DNA from: the human T2T-CHM13v2.0 reference genome, Homo sapiens | Length of the DNA: 64,000 bases | NCBI RefSeq assembly: GCF_009914755.1 | Contig: NC_060927.1 | Direction: 5' to 3' (one strand) | Part shown: in pieces, positions 1 through 12,700 of the stretch | Position numbering within the stretch: position 1 is the first letter of the stretch | How the letters are laid out: every line of letters begins with the position of its first letter | Notes under the pieces: generated by a model | Databases searched by the model: none | What the model was told of the DNA's origin: nothing | The model's input: only the letters and a program-made list of their open reading frames with translations | Translations under genes and position numbers: made by a program

Positions 1-283
1 AAAAGAGGGTTTCAAAACTGCTCTATCAAAGGAAGTTTAAACTCTGTAAGCTGAATGCAAGCATCACAAAACAGCTTCGGAGAATGAATCTGCCTAGTTT
101 TTCTGTGAAGATATTTCTTTTTCTGCCATAGACCTCAAACCGCTGTGAAAATCCACTTGGAAATCCTACGAAAAGAGTATGTCAAAACTCTTCTATCGAA
201 AGGAAGTTTCAACTCCATGAGTTAAATGCACATACCACAAATAATTTTCTGAGGATTCTTCTTTGAAGTTTTATATGAAGAAA

Positions 284-300
284 TCCCGTTTCCAAAGATG
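284..300 (-). promoter_or_regulatory. Degenerate CENP-B box, monomer M2 (recurs in each HOR)
   Basis: The - strand reads CATCTTTGGAAACGGGA against the core NTTCGNNNNANNCGGGN. The CGGG half is intact, and TTCG has become ATCT. Confidence 0.85.
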
Positions 301-454
301 GCCTCAGAAAAGTCCCAATATACCCTTGCAGATTCTACAAAAAGAGTTTTTCAAAACTGCTCTATCCAAAGAAAGGTTAAACTCTGTGAGTTGAAGGCAC
401 ACATCACAAAGTAGTTTCTGAGAATCATTCTGTCTAGTTTTTCTATGAAGATAT

Positions 455-471
455 TGCCTTTTCCACCATAG
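455..471 (+). promoter_or_regulatory. pJalpha-type (A-box) motif, monomer M3 (recurs in each HOR)
   Basis: tgccttttccaccatag closely matches the pJalpha motif TTCCTTTTYCACCRTAG as I recall it. Many copies between 3.8 and 33 kb carry ccacag instead of ccatag. Confidence 0.7.
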
Positions 472-623
472 GCCTCAAACGGCGCTAAATATCCACTTGG
501 AAATTCTACAAAAAGAGAGTTACAAAACTGCTCTATCGAAAGGAAGCTGCAACTCTGCGAGTTGAAAGCACACATCGCGAAGAAGTTGATGAGAATTCTT
601 CTGTCTAGTTTTGTATGAAGAAG

Positions 624-640
624 TCACGTCTCAAACGAAG
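624..640 (-). promoter_or_regulatory. Degenerate CENP-B box, monomer M4
   Basis: The - strand reads CTTCGTTTGAGACGTGA. TTCG and the central A are intact, and CGGG has become CGTG. Confidence 0.85.
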
Positions 641-1132
641 GCCACAAAGAGGTCCAAATATCCACTTGGAGATTCAACAAAAAGAGTTTTTCAAAACTGC
701 TCCGTCAAGATTAATATTCAACTCTGAGAGTTGAGGGCAGGTATCACAAACAAGTTTCCGACAACGCTTCTGTCTAGATTTTATGTGAAGACATTCCCTT
801 TTGTACCACAGGCCTGAAAGCACTCTAAATATAGAATTGCAAATTCCACAGAAAGAGTGCTTAAAACCGCTCTATCCAAAGAAAGGTTAAACTCTGTCCG
901 CTGAAGGCGCACATCACAAAGTAGCTTCAGAGAACAATTATGTCTAGTTTCTCTGTGAAGATATTTTCTCTTCTACATAGGCCTGAAACCGCTCTAAATA
1001 TTCACTTGGAAACTCTAGAAAAAGAATATTTCAACACTCTTCTGTCAAAAGGAAGGTTGAACTCTGAGAGTTCAATGCACACATCACAAAGAAGTTTCTG
1101 GGAATTCTTCTGTCAAGGTTTCTATGAAGAAA

Positions 1133-1149
1133 TCCCGTTTCCAATGAAG
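1133..1149 (-). promoter_or_regulatory. Degenerate CENP-B box, monomer M7
   Basis: The - strand reads CTTCATTGGAAACGGGA, one base from canonical CTTCGTTGGAAACGGGA (a CpG-to-CpA change in the essential TTCG). Confidence 0.9.
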
Positions 1150-1472
1150 GCCTCAAAAAAGTCCAAATATTTACTTGCAGATTCTACAAAAAGAGTGTTT
1201 CGTAACTGGTCTATCAAAAGAAAGGTTAAACTCAGTGAGTTGAACCCACACATCACAAAGTAGTTTCTGAGAATCATTCTGTCTAGTTTTCCTACGAAGA
1301 TATTGCCTTTTCTACCATAGGCCTCAAACGGCGCTAAATATCCACCTGGAAATTCTACACAAACTGAGTTTCAAAAGTGCTCTATTGAAAGGAAGCTTCA
1401 ACTCTGTGAGTTGAAGGTACACATCACAAAGAAGTTTCTGAGAATTCTTCTGTCTAGTTGTAAATGAAGAAA

Positions 1473-1489
1473 TCGCGTTTCACACGAAG
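1473..1489 (-). promoter_or_regulatory. Degenerate CENP-B box, monomer M9
   Basis: The - strand reads CTTCGTGTGAAACGCGA in this copy and CTTCGTGTGAAACGTGA in the others. The CGGG half is broken in both. Confidence 0.85.
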
Positions 1490-4400
1490 GCCACAAAGAG
1501 GACCAAATATCCACTTGCAGATTCTACAAAAAGAGTGTCTCAAAACGGCTCCATCAAGAGGAATGTTCAACTCTGTGCGTTGAATGCAAATATCACAAAT
1601 AAGTTTCTGACAATACTTCCGTCTAGTTTTTATGTGAAGATATTTCCTTTCCTACTGTAGGCCTCAAAACGCTCTAAAGAGACACTTGCAAATTCCACAA
1701 AAAGAGGGTGTCAAAACTGCTCTATCAAAGGAAGTTTAAACTCCGTAAGATGAATGCAAGCATCACAAAACAGCTTCGGAGAATGAATCTGCCTAGTTTT
1801 TCTGTGAAGATATTTCTTTTTCTGCCATAGACCTCAAACCGCTGTGAAAATCCACTTGGAAATCCTACAAAAAGAGTATGTCAAAACTCTTCTATCGAAA
1901 GGAAGTTTCAACTCCATGAGTTAAATGCACATACCACAAATAATTTTCTGAGGATTCTTCTTTGAAGTTTTATATGAAGAAATCCCGTTTCCAAAGATGG
2001 CCTCAGAAAAGTCCCAATATACCCTTGCAGATTCTACAAAAAGAGTTTTTCAAAACTGTTCTATCCAAAGAAAGGTTAAACTCTGTGAGTTGAAGGCACA
2101 CATCACAAAGTAGTTTCTGAGAATCATTCTGTCTAGTTTTTCTATGAAGATATTGCCTTTTCCACCATAGGCCTCAAACGGCGCTAAATATCCACTTGGA
2201 AATTCTACAAAAAGAGAGTTACAAAACTGCTCTATCGAAAGGAAGCTGCAACTCTGCGAGTTGAAAGCACACATCGCGAAGAAGTTGATGAGAATTCTTC
2301 TGTCTAGTTTTGTATGAAGAAGTCACGTCTCAAACGAAGGCCACAAAGAGGTCCAAATATCCACTTGGAGATTCAACAAAAAGAGTTTTTCAAAACTGCT
2401 CCGTCAAGAGAAATATTCAAGTCTGAGAGTTGAAGGCAGGTATCACAAAGTAGTTTCCGACAACGCTTCTGTCTAGATTTTATGTGAAGGCATTCCCTTT
2501 TGTACCACAGGCCTGAAAGCACTCTAAATATAGAATTGCAAATTCCACAGAAAGAGTGCTTAAAACCGCTCTATCCAAAGAAAGGTTAAACTCTGTCCGC
2601 TGAAGGCGCACCTCACAAAGTAGCTTCAGAGAACAATTATGTCTAGTTTCTCTGTGAAGATATTTTCTCTTCTACATAGGCCTGAAACCGCTCTAAATAT
2701 TCACTTGGAAATTCTAGAAAAAGAATATTTCAACACTCTTCTGTCAAAAGGAAGGTTGAACTCTGAGAGTTAAATGCACACATCACAAAGAAGTTTCTGG
2801 GAATTCTTCTGTCAAGGTTTCTATGAAGAAATCCCGTTTCCAATGAAGGCCTCAAAAAAGTCCAAATATTTACTTGCAGATTCTACAAGAAGAGTGTTTC
2901 GTAACTGGTCTATCAAAAGAAAGGTTAAACTCAGTGAGTTGAACCCACACATCTCAAAGTAGTTTCTGAGAATCATTCTGTCTAGTTTTCCTACGAAGAT
3001 ATTGCCTTTTCTACCATAGGCCTCAAACGGCGCTAAATATCCACCTGGAAATTCTACAAAAACTGAGTTTCAAAAGTGCTCTATTGAAAGGAAGCTTCAA
3101 CTCTGTGAGTTGAAGGTACACATCACAAAGAAGTTTCTGAGAATTCTTCTGTCTAGTTGTCAATGAAGAAATCACGTTTCACACGAGGGCCACAAAGAGG
3201 TCCAAATATCCACTTGCAGATTCTACAAAAAGAGTGTCTCAAAACGGCTCCATCAAGAGGAATGTTCAACTCTGTGCGTTGAATGCAAATATCACAAATA
3301 AGTTTCTGACAATACTTCCGTCTAGTTTTTATGTGAAGATATTTCCTTTCCTACAGTAGGCCTCAAAACGCTCTAAAGAGACACTTGCAAATTCCACAAA
3401 AAGAGGGTTTCAAAACTGCTCTATCAAAGTAAGTTTAAACTCTGTAAGCTGAATGCAAGCATCACAAAACAGCTTTGGAGAATGAATCTGCCTAGTTTTT
3501 CTGTGAAGATATTTCTTTTTCTGCCATAGACCTCAAACCGCTGTGAAAATCCACTTGGAAATCCTACAAAAAGAGTATGTCAAAACTCTTCTAGCGAAAG
3601 GAAGTTTCAACTCCATGAGTTAAATGCACATACCACAAATAATTTTCTGAGGATTCTTCTTTGAAGTTTTATATGAAGAAATCCCGTTTCCAAAGATGGC
3701 CTCAGAAAAGTCCCAATATACCCTTGCAGATTCTACAAAAAGAGTTTTTCAAAACTGCTCTATCCAAAGAAAGGTTAAACTCTGTGAGTTGAAGGCACAC
3801 ATCACAAAGTAGTTTCTGAGAATCATTCTGTCTAGTTTTTCTATGAAGATATTGCCTTTTCCACCACAGGCCTCAAACGGCGCTAAATATCCACTTGGAA
3901 ATTCTACAAAAAGAGAGTTACAAAACTGCTCTATCGAAAGGAAGCTGCAACTCTGCGAGTTGAAAGCACACATCGCGAAGAAGTTGATGAGAATTCTTCT
4001 GTCTAGTTTTGTATGAAGAAGTCACGTCTCAAACGAAGGCCACAAAGAGGTCCAAATATCCACTTGGAGATTCAACAAAAAGAGTTTTTCAAAACTGCTC
4101 CGTCAAGATTAATATTCAACTCTGAGAGTTGAGGGCAGGTATCACAAACAACTTTCCGACAACGCTTCTGTCTAGATTTTATGTGAAGACATTCCCTTTT
4201 GTACCACAGGCCTGAAAGCACTCTAAATATAGAATTGCAAATTCCACAGAAAGAGTGCTTAAAACCGCTCTATCCAAAGAAAGGTTAAACTCTGTCCGCT
4301 GAAGGCGCACATCACAAAGTAGCTTCAGAGAACAATTATGTCTAGTTTCTCTGTGAAGATATTTTCTCTTCTACATAGGCCTGAAACCGCTCTAAATATT

Positions 4401-6799
4401 CACTTGGAAACTCTAGAAAAAGAATATTTCAACACTCTTCTGTCAAAAGGAAGGTTGAACTCTGAGAGTTAAATGCACACATCACAAAGAAGTTTCTGGG
4501 AATTCTTCTGTCAAGGTTTCTATGAAGAAATCCCGTTTCCAATGAAGGCCTCAAAAAAGTCCAAATATTTACTTGCAGATTCTACAAAAAGAGTGTTTCG
4601 TAACTGGTCTATCAAAAGAAAGGTTAAACTCAGTGAGTTGAACCCACACATCACAAAGTAGTTTCTGAGAATCATTCTGTCTAGTTTTCCTACGAAGATA
4701 TTGCCTTTTCTACCATAGGCCTCAAACGGCGCTAAATATCCACCTGGAAATTCTACAAAAACTGAGTTTCAAAAGTGCTCTATTGAAAGGAAGCTTCAAC
4801 TCTGTGAGTTGAAGGTACACATCACAAAGAAGTTTCTGAGAATTCTTCTGTCTAGTTGTAAATGAAGAAATCACGTTTCACACGAAGGCCACAAAGAGGT
4901 CCAAATATCCACTTACAGATTCTACAAAAAGAGTGTCTCAAAACGGCTCCATCAAGAGGAATGTTCAACTCTGTGCGTTGAATGCAAATATAACAAATAA
5001 GTTTCTGACAATACTTCCGTCTAGTTTTTATGTGAAGATATTTCCTTTCCTACTGTAGGTCTCAAAACGCTCTAAAGAGACACTTGCAAATTCCACAAAA
5101 AGAGGGTGTCAAAACTGCTCTATCAAAGTAAGTTTAAACTCTGTAAGCTGAATGCAAGCATCACAAAACAGCTTCGGAGAATGAATCTGCCTAGTTTTTC
5201 TGTGAAGATATTTCTTTTTCTGCCATAGACCTCAAACCGCTGTGAAAATCCACTTGGAAATCCTACAAAAAGAGTATGTCAAAACACTTCTAGCGAAAGG
5301 AAGTTTCAACTCCATGGGTTAAATGCACATACCACAAATAATTTTCTGAGGATTCTTCTTTGAAGTTTTATATGAAGAAATCCCGTTTCCAAAGATGGCC
5401 TCAGAAAAGTCCCAATATACCCTTGCAGATTCTACAAAAAGAGTTTTTCAAAACTGCTCTATCCAAAGAAAGGTTAAACTCTGTGAGTTGAAGGCACACA
5501 TCACAAAGTAGTTTCTGAGAATCATTCTGTCTAGTTTTTCTATGAAGATATTGCCTTTTCCACCATAGGCCTCAAACGGCGCTAAATATCCACTTGGAAA
5601 TTCTACAAAAAGAGAGTTACAAAACTGCTCTATCGAAAGGAAGCTGCAACTCTGCGAGTTGAAAGCACACATCGCGAAGAAGTTGATGAGAATTCTTCTG
5701 TCTAGTTTTGTAGGAAGAAGTCACGTCTCAAACGAAGGCCACAAAGAGGTCCAAATATCCACTTGGAGATTCAACAAAAAGAGTTTTTCAAAACTGCTCC
5801 GTCAAGATTAATATTCAACTCTGAGTGTTGAGGGCAGGTATCACAAACAAGTTTCCGACAACGCTTCTGTCTAGATTTTATGTGAAGACATTCCCTTTTG
5901 TACCACAGGCCTGAAAGCACTCTAAATATAGAATTGCAAATTCCACAAAAAGAGTGCTTAAAACCGCTCTATCCAAAGAAAGGTTAAACTCTGTCCGCTG
6001 AAGGCGCACATCACAAAGTAGCTTCAGAGAACAATTATGTCTAGTTTCTCTGTGAAGATATTTTCTCTTCTACATAGGCCTGAAACTGCTCTAAATATTC
6101 ACTTGGAAACTCTAGAAAAAGAATATTTCAACACTCTTCTGTCAAAAGGAAGGTTGAACTCTGAGAGTTAAATGCACACATCACAAAGAAGTTTCTGGGA
6201 ATTCTTCTGTCAAGGTTTCTATGAAGAAATCCCGTTTTCAATGAAGGCCTCAAAAAAGTCCAAATATTTACTTGCAGATTCTACAAAAAGAGTGTTTCGT
6301 AACTGGTCTATCAAAAGAAAGGTTAAACTCAGTGAGTTGAACCCACACATCACAAAGTAGTTTCTGAGAATCATTCTGTCTAGTTTTCCTATGAAGATAT
6401 TGCCTTTTCTACCATAGGCCTCAAACGGCGCTAAATATCCACCTGGAAATTCTACAAAAACTGAGTTTCAAAAGTGCTCTTTTGAAAGGAAGCTTCAACT
6501 CTGTGAGTTGAAGGTACACATCACAAAGAAGTTTCTGAGAATTCTTCTGTCTAGTTGTCAATGAAGAAATCACGTTTCACACGAAGGCCACAAAGAGGTC
6601 CAAATATCCACTTGCAGATTCTACAAAAAGAGTGTCTCAAAACGGCTCCATCAAGAGGAATGTTCAACTCTGTGCGGTGAATGCAAATATCACAAATAAG
6701 TTTCTGACAATACTTCCGTCTAGTTTTTATGTGAAGATATTTCCTTTCCTACTGTAGGCCTCAAAACGCTCTAAAGAGACACTTGGAAATTCCACAAAA

Positions 6800-9700
6800 A
6801 GAGGGTTTCAAAACTGCTCTATCAAAGTAAGTTTAAACTCTGTAAGCTGAATGCAAGCATCACAAAACAGCTTCGGAGAATGAATCTGCCTAGTTTTTCT
6901 GTGAAGATATTTCTTTTTCTGCCATAGACCTCAAACCGCTGTGAAAATCCACTTGGAAATCCTACAAAAAGAGTATGTCAAAACTCTTCTAGCGAAAGGA
7001 AGTTTCAACTCCATGAGTTAAATGCACATACCACAAATAATTTTCTGAGGATTCTTCTTTGAAGTTTTATATGAAGAAATCCCGTTTCCAAAGATGGCCT
7101 CAGAAAAGTCCCAATATACCCTTGCAGATTCTACAAAAAGAGTTTTTCAAAACTGCTCTATCCAAAGAAAGGTTAAACTCTGTGAGTTGAAGGCACACAT
7201 CACAAAGTAGTTTCTGAGAATCATTCTGTCTAGTTTTTCTATGAAGATATTGCCTTTTCCACCACAGGCCTCAAACGGCGCTAAATATCCACTTGGAAAT
7301 TCTACAAAAAGAGAGTTACAAAACTGCTCTATCGAAAGGAAGCTGCAACTCTGCGAGTTGAAAGCACACATCGCGAAGAAGTTGATGAGAATTCTTCTGT
7401 CTAGTTTTGTATGAAGAAGTCACGTCTCAAACGAAGGCCACAAAGAGGTCCAAATATCCACTTGGAGATTCAACAAAAAGAGTTTTTCAAAACTGCTCCA
7501 TCAAGAGGAATATTCAACTCTGAGAGTTGAGGGCAGGTATCACAAACTAGTTTCCGACAACGCTTCTGTCTAGATTTTATGTGAAGACATTCCCTTTTGT
7601 ACCACAGGCCTGAAAGCACTCTAAATATAGAATTGCAAATTCCACAGAAAGAGTGCTTAAAACCGCTCTATCCAAAGAAAGGTTAAACTCTGTCCGCTGA
7701 AGGCGCACATCACAAAGTAGCTTCAGAGAACAATTATGTCTAGTTTCTCTGTGAAGATATTTTCTCTTCTACATAGGCCTGAAACCGCTCTAAATATTCA
7801 CTTGGAAACTCTAGAAAAAGAATATTTCAACACTCTTCTGTCAAAAGGAAGGTTGAACTCTGAGAGTTAAATGCACACATCACAAAGAAGTTTCTGGGAA
7901 TTCTTCTGTCAAGGTTTCTATGAAGAAATCCCGTTTCCAATGAAGGCCTCAAAAAAGTCCAAATATTTACTTGCAGATTCTACAAAAAGAGTGTTTCGTA
8001 ACTGGTCTATCAAAAGAAAGGTTAAACTCAGTGAGTTGAACCCACACATCACAAAGTAGTTTCTGAGAATCATTCTGTCTAGTTTTCCTACGAAGATATT
8101 GCCTTTTCTACCATAGGCCTCAAACGGCGCTAAATATCCACCTGGAAATTCTACAAAAACTGAGTTTCAAAAGTGCTCTTTTGAAAGGAAGCTTCAACTC
8201 TGTGAGTTGAAGGTACACATCACAAAGAAGTTTCTGAGAATTCTTCTGTCTAGTTGTCAATGAAGAAATCACGTTTCACACGAAGGCCACAAAGAGGTCC
8301 AAATATCCACTTGCAGATTCTACAAAAAGAGTGTCTCAAAACGGCTCCATCAAGAGGAATGTTCAACTCTGTGCGGTGAATGCAAATATCACAAATAAGT
8401 TTCTGACAATACTTCCGTCTAGTTTTTATGTGAAGATATTTCCTTTCCTACTGTAGGCCTCAAAACGCTCTAAAGAGACACTTGCAAATTCCACAAAAAG
8501 AGGGTTTCAAAACTGCTCTATCAAAGTAAGTTTAAACTCTGTAAGCTGAATGCAAGCATCACAAAACAGCTTCGGAGAATGAATCTGCCTAGTTTTTCTG
8601 TGAAGATATTTCTTTTTCTGCCATAGACCTCAAACCGCTGTGAAAATCCACTTGGAAATCCTACAAAAAGAGTATGTCAAAACTCTTCTAGCGAAAGGAA
8701 GTTTCAACTCCATGAGTTAAATGCACATACCACAAATAATTTTCTGAGGATTCTTCTTTGAAGTTTTATATGAAGAAATCCCGTTTCCAAAGATGGCCTC
8801 AGAAAAGTCCCAATATACCCTTGCAGATTCTACAAAAAGAGTTTTTCAAAACTGCTCTATCCAAAGAAAGGTTAAACTCTGTGAGTTGAAGGCACACATC
8901 ACAAAGTAGTTTCTGAGAATCATTCTGTCTAGTTTTTCTATGAAGATATTGCCTTTTCCACCACAGGCCTCAAACGGCGCTAAATATCCACTTGGAAATT
9001 CTACAAAAAGAGAGTTACAAAACTGCTCTATCGAAAGGAAGCTGCAACTCTGCGAGTTGAAAGCACACATCGCGAAGAAGTTGATGAGAATTCTTCTGTC
9101 TAGTTTTGTATGAAGAAGTCACGTCTCAAACGAAGGCCACAAAGAGGTCCAAATATCCACTTGGAGATTCAACAAAAAGAGTTTTTCAAAACTGCTCCAT
9201 CAAGAGGAATATTCAACTCTGAGAGTTGAGGGCAGGTATCACAAACTAGTTTCCGACAACGCTTCTGTCTAGATTTTATGTGAAGACATTCCCTTTTGTA
9301 CCACAGGCCTGAAAGCACTCTAAATATAGAATTGCAAATTCCACAGAAAGAGTGCTTAAAACCGCTCTATCCAAAGAAAGGTTAAACTCTGTCCGCTGAA
9401 GGCGCACATCACAAAGTAGCTTCAGAGAACAATTATGTCTAGTTTCTCTGTGAAGATATTTTCTCTTCTACATAGGCCTGAAACCGCTCTAAATATTCAC
9501 TTGGAAACTCTAGAAAAAGAATATTTCAACACTCTTCTGTCAAAAGGAAGGTTGAACTCTGAGAGTTAAATGCTCACATCACAAAGAAGTTTCTGGGAAT
9601 TCTTCTGTCAAGGTTTCTATGAAGAAATCCCGTTTCCAATGAAGGCCTCAAAAAAGTCCAAATATTTACTTGCAGATTCTACAAAAAGAGTGTTTCGTAA

Positions 9701-12700
9701 CTGGTCTATCAAAAGAAAGGTTAAACTCAGTGAGTTGAACCCACACATCACAAAGTAGTTTCTGAGAATCATTCTGTCTAGTTTTCCTACGAAGATATTG
9801 CCTTTTCTACCATAGGCCTCAAACGGCGCTAAATATCCACCTGGAAATTCTACAAAAACTGAGTTTCAAAAGTGCTCTTTTGAAAGGAAGCTTCAACTCT
9901 GTGAGTTGAAGGTACACATCACAAAGAAGTTTCTGAGAATTCTTCTGTCTAGTTGTCAATGAAGAAATCACGTTTCACACGAAGGCCACAAAGAGGTCCA
10001 AATATCCACTTGCAGATTCTACAAAAAGAGTGTCTCAAAACGGCTCCATCAAGAGGAATGTTCAACTCTGTGCGGTGAATGCAAATATCACAAATAAGTT
10101 TCTGACAATACTTCCGTCTAGTTTTTATGTGAAGATATTTCCTTTCCTACTGTAGGCCTCAAAACGCTCTAAAGAGACACTTGCAAATTCCACAAAAAGA
10201 GGGTTTCAAAACTGCTCTATCAAAGTAAGTTTAAACTCTGTAAGCTGAATGCAAGCATCACAAAACAGCTTCGGAGAATGAATCTGCCTAGTTTTTCTGT
10301 GAAGATATTTCTTTTTCTGCCATAGACCTCAAACCGCTGTGAAAATCCACTTGGAAATCCTACAAAAAGAGTATGTCAAAACTCTTCTAGCGAAAGGAAG
10401 TTTCAACTCCATGAGTTAAATGCACATACCACAAATAATTTTCTGAGGATTCTTCTTTGAAGTTTTATATGAAGAAATCCCGTTTCCAAAGATGGCCTCA
10501 GAAAAGTGCCAATATACCCTTGCAGATTCTACAAAAAGAGTTTTTCAAAACTGCTCTATCCAAAGAAAGGTTAAACTCTGTGAGTTGAAGGCACACATCA
10601 CAAAGTAGTTTCTGAGAATCATTCTGTCTAGTTTTTCTATGAAGATATTGCCTTTTCCACCACAGGCCTCAAACGGCGCTAAATATCCACTTGGAAATTC
10701 TACAAAAAGAGAGTTACAAAACTGCTCAATCGAAAGGAAGCTGCAACTCTGCGAGTTGAAAGCACACATCGCAAAGAAGTTGATGAGAATTCTTCTGTCT
10801 AGTTTTGTATGAAGAAGTCACGTCTCAAACGAAGGCCACAAAGAGGTCCAAATATCCACTTGGAGATTCAACAAAAAGAGTTTTTCAAAACTGCTCCATC
10901 AAGAGGAATATTCAACTCTGAGAGTTGAGGGCAGGTATCACAAACTAGTTTCCGACAACGCTTCTGTCTAGATTTTATGTGAAGACATTCCCTTTTGTAC
11001 CACAGGCCTGAAAGCACTCTAAATATAGAATTGCAAATTCCACAGAAAGAGTGCTTAAAACCGCTCTATCCAAAGAAAGGTTAAACTCTGTCCGCTGAAG
11101 GCGCACATCACAAAGTAGCTTCAGAGAACAATTATGTCTAGTTTCTCTGTGAAGATATTTTCTCTTCTACATAGGCCTGAAACCGCTCTAAATATTCACT
11201 TGGAAACTCTAGAAAAAGAATATTTCAACACTCTTCTGTCAAAAGGAAGGTTGAACTCTGAGAGTTAAATGCTCACATCACAAAGAAGTTTCTGGGAATT
11301 CTTCTGTCAAGGTTTCTATGAAGAAATCCCGTTTCCAATGAAGGCCTCAAAAAAGTCCAAATATTTACTTGCAGATTCTACAAAAAGAGTGTTTCGTAAC
11401 TGGTCTATCAAAAGAAAGGTTAAACTCAGTGAGTTGAACCCACACATCACAAAGTAGTTTCTGAGAATCATTCTGTCTAGTTTTCCTACGAAGATATTGC
11501 CTTTTCTACCATAGGCCTCAAACGGCGCTAAATATCCACCTGGAAATTCTACAAAAACTGAGTTTCAAAAGTGCTCTTTTGAAAGGAAGCTTCAACTCTG
11601 TGAGTTGAAGGTACACATCACAAAGAAGTTTCTGAGAATTCTTCTGTCTAGTTGTCAATGAAGAAATCACGTTTCACACGAAGGCCACAAAGAGGTCCAA
11701 ATATCCACTTGCAGATTCTACAAAAAGAGTGTCTCAAAACGGCTCCATCAAGAGGAATGTTCAACTCTGTGCGGTGAATGCAAATATCACAAATAAGTTT
11801 CTGACAATACTTCCGTCTAGTTTTTATGTGAAGATATTTCCTTTCCTACTGTAGGCCTCAAAACGCTCTAAAGAGACACTTGCAAATTCCACAAAAAGAG
11901 GGTTTCAAAACTGCTCTATCAAAGTAAGTTTAAACTCTGTAAGCTGAATGCAAGCATCACAAAACAGCTTCGGAGAATGAATCTGCCTAGTTTTTCTGTG
12001 AAGATATTTCTTTTTCTGCCATAGACCTCAAACCGCTGTGAAAATCCACTTGGAAATCCTACAAAAAGAGTATGTCAAAACTCTTCTAGCGAAAGGAAGT
12101 TTCAACTCCATGAGTTAAATGCACATACCACAAATAATTTTCTGAGGATTCTTCTTTGAAGTTTTATATGAAGAAATCCCGTTTCCAAAGATGGCCTCAG
12201 AAAAGTCCCAATATACCCTTGCAGATTCTACAAAAAGAGTTTTTCAAAACTGCTCTATCCAAAGAAAGGTTAAACTCTGTGAGTTGAAGGCACACATCAC
12301 AAAGTAGTTTCTGAGAATCATTCTGTCTAGTTTTTCTATGAAGATATTGCCTTTTCCACCACAGGCCTCAAACGGCGCTAAATATCCACTTGGAAATTCT
12401 ACAAAAAGAGAGTTACAAAACTGCTCTATCGAAAGGAAGCTGCAACTCTGCGAGTTGAAAGCACACATCGCGAAGAAGTTGATGAGAATTCTTCTGTCTA
12501 GTTTTGTATGAAGAAGTCACGTCTCAAACGAAGGCCACAAAGAGGTCCAAATATCCACTTGGAGATTCAACAAAAAGAGTTTTTCAAAACTGCTCCATCA
12601 AGAGGAATATTCAACTCTGAGAGTTGAGGGCAGGTATCACAAACTAGTTTCCGACAACGCTTCTGTCTAGATTTTATGTGAAGACATTCCCTTTTGTACC

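Larger units (their letters stand above)
61..1759 (-). repeat. Reference HOR unit: monomers M1-M10, two pentamers of 850 and 849 bp
   Basis: The xxatcacaaa-like anchor falls at 61, 232, 401, 572, 741, 911, 1081, 1250, 1421, 1590 and 1760, giving lengths 171,169,171,169,170 | 170,169,171,169,170 (sum 1699). Monomers five apart resemble each other most (M3/M8 share gatattgccttt...ggcctcaaacggcgctaaatatccac). Confidence 0.93.

Noticed and set aside
1473-1489. Variant M9 box (CGCG) as a restored CENP-B box
   Set aside because: The core needs CGGG. CGCG is still a mismatch.
61-1759. Assignment to a named 1.7-kb human HOR (e.g. D16Z2, D18Z2) or to SF3
   Set aside because: Unit length alone is not diagnostic, and the ABABA order with dead boxes does not fit dimeric SF1/SF2 or BBBAA SF3. 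A database search is needed.
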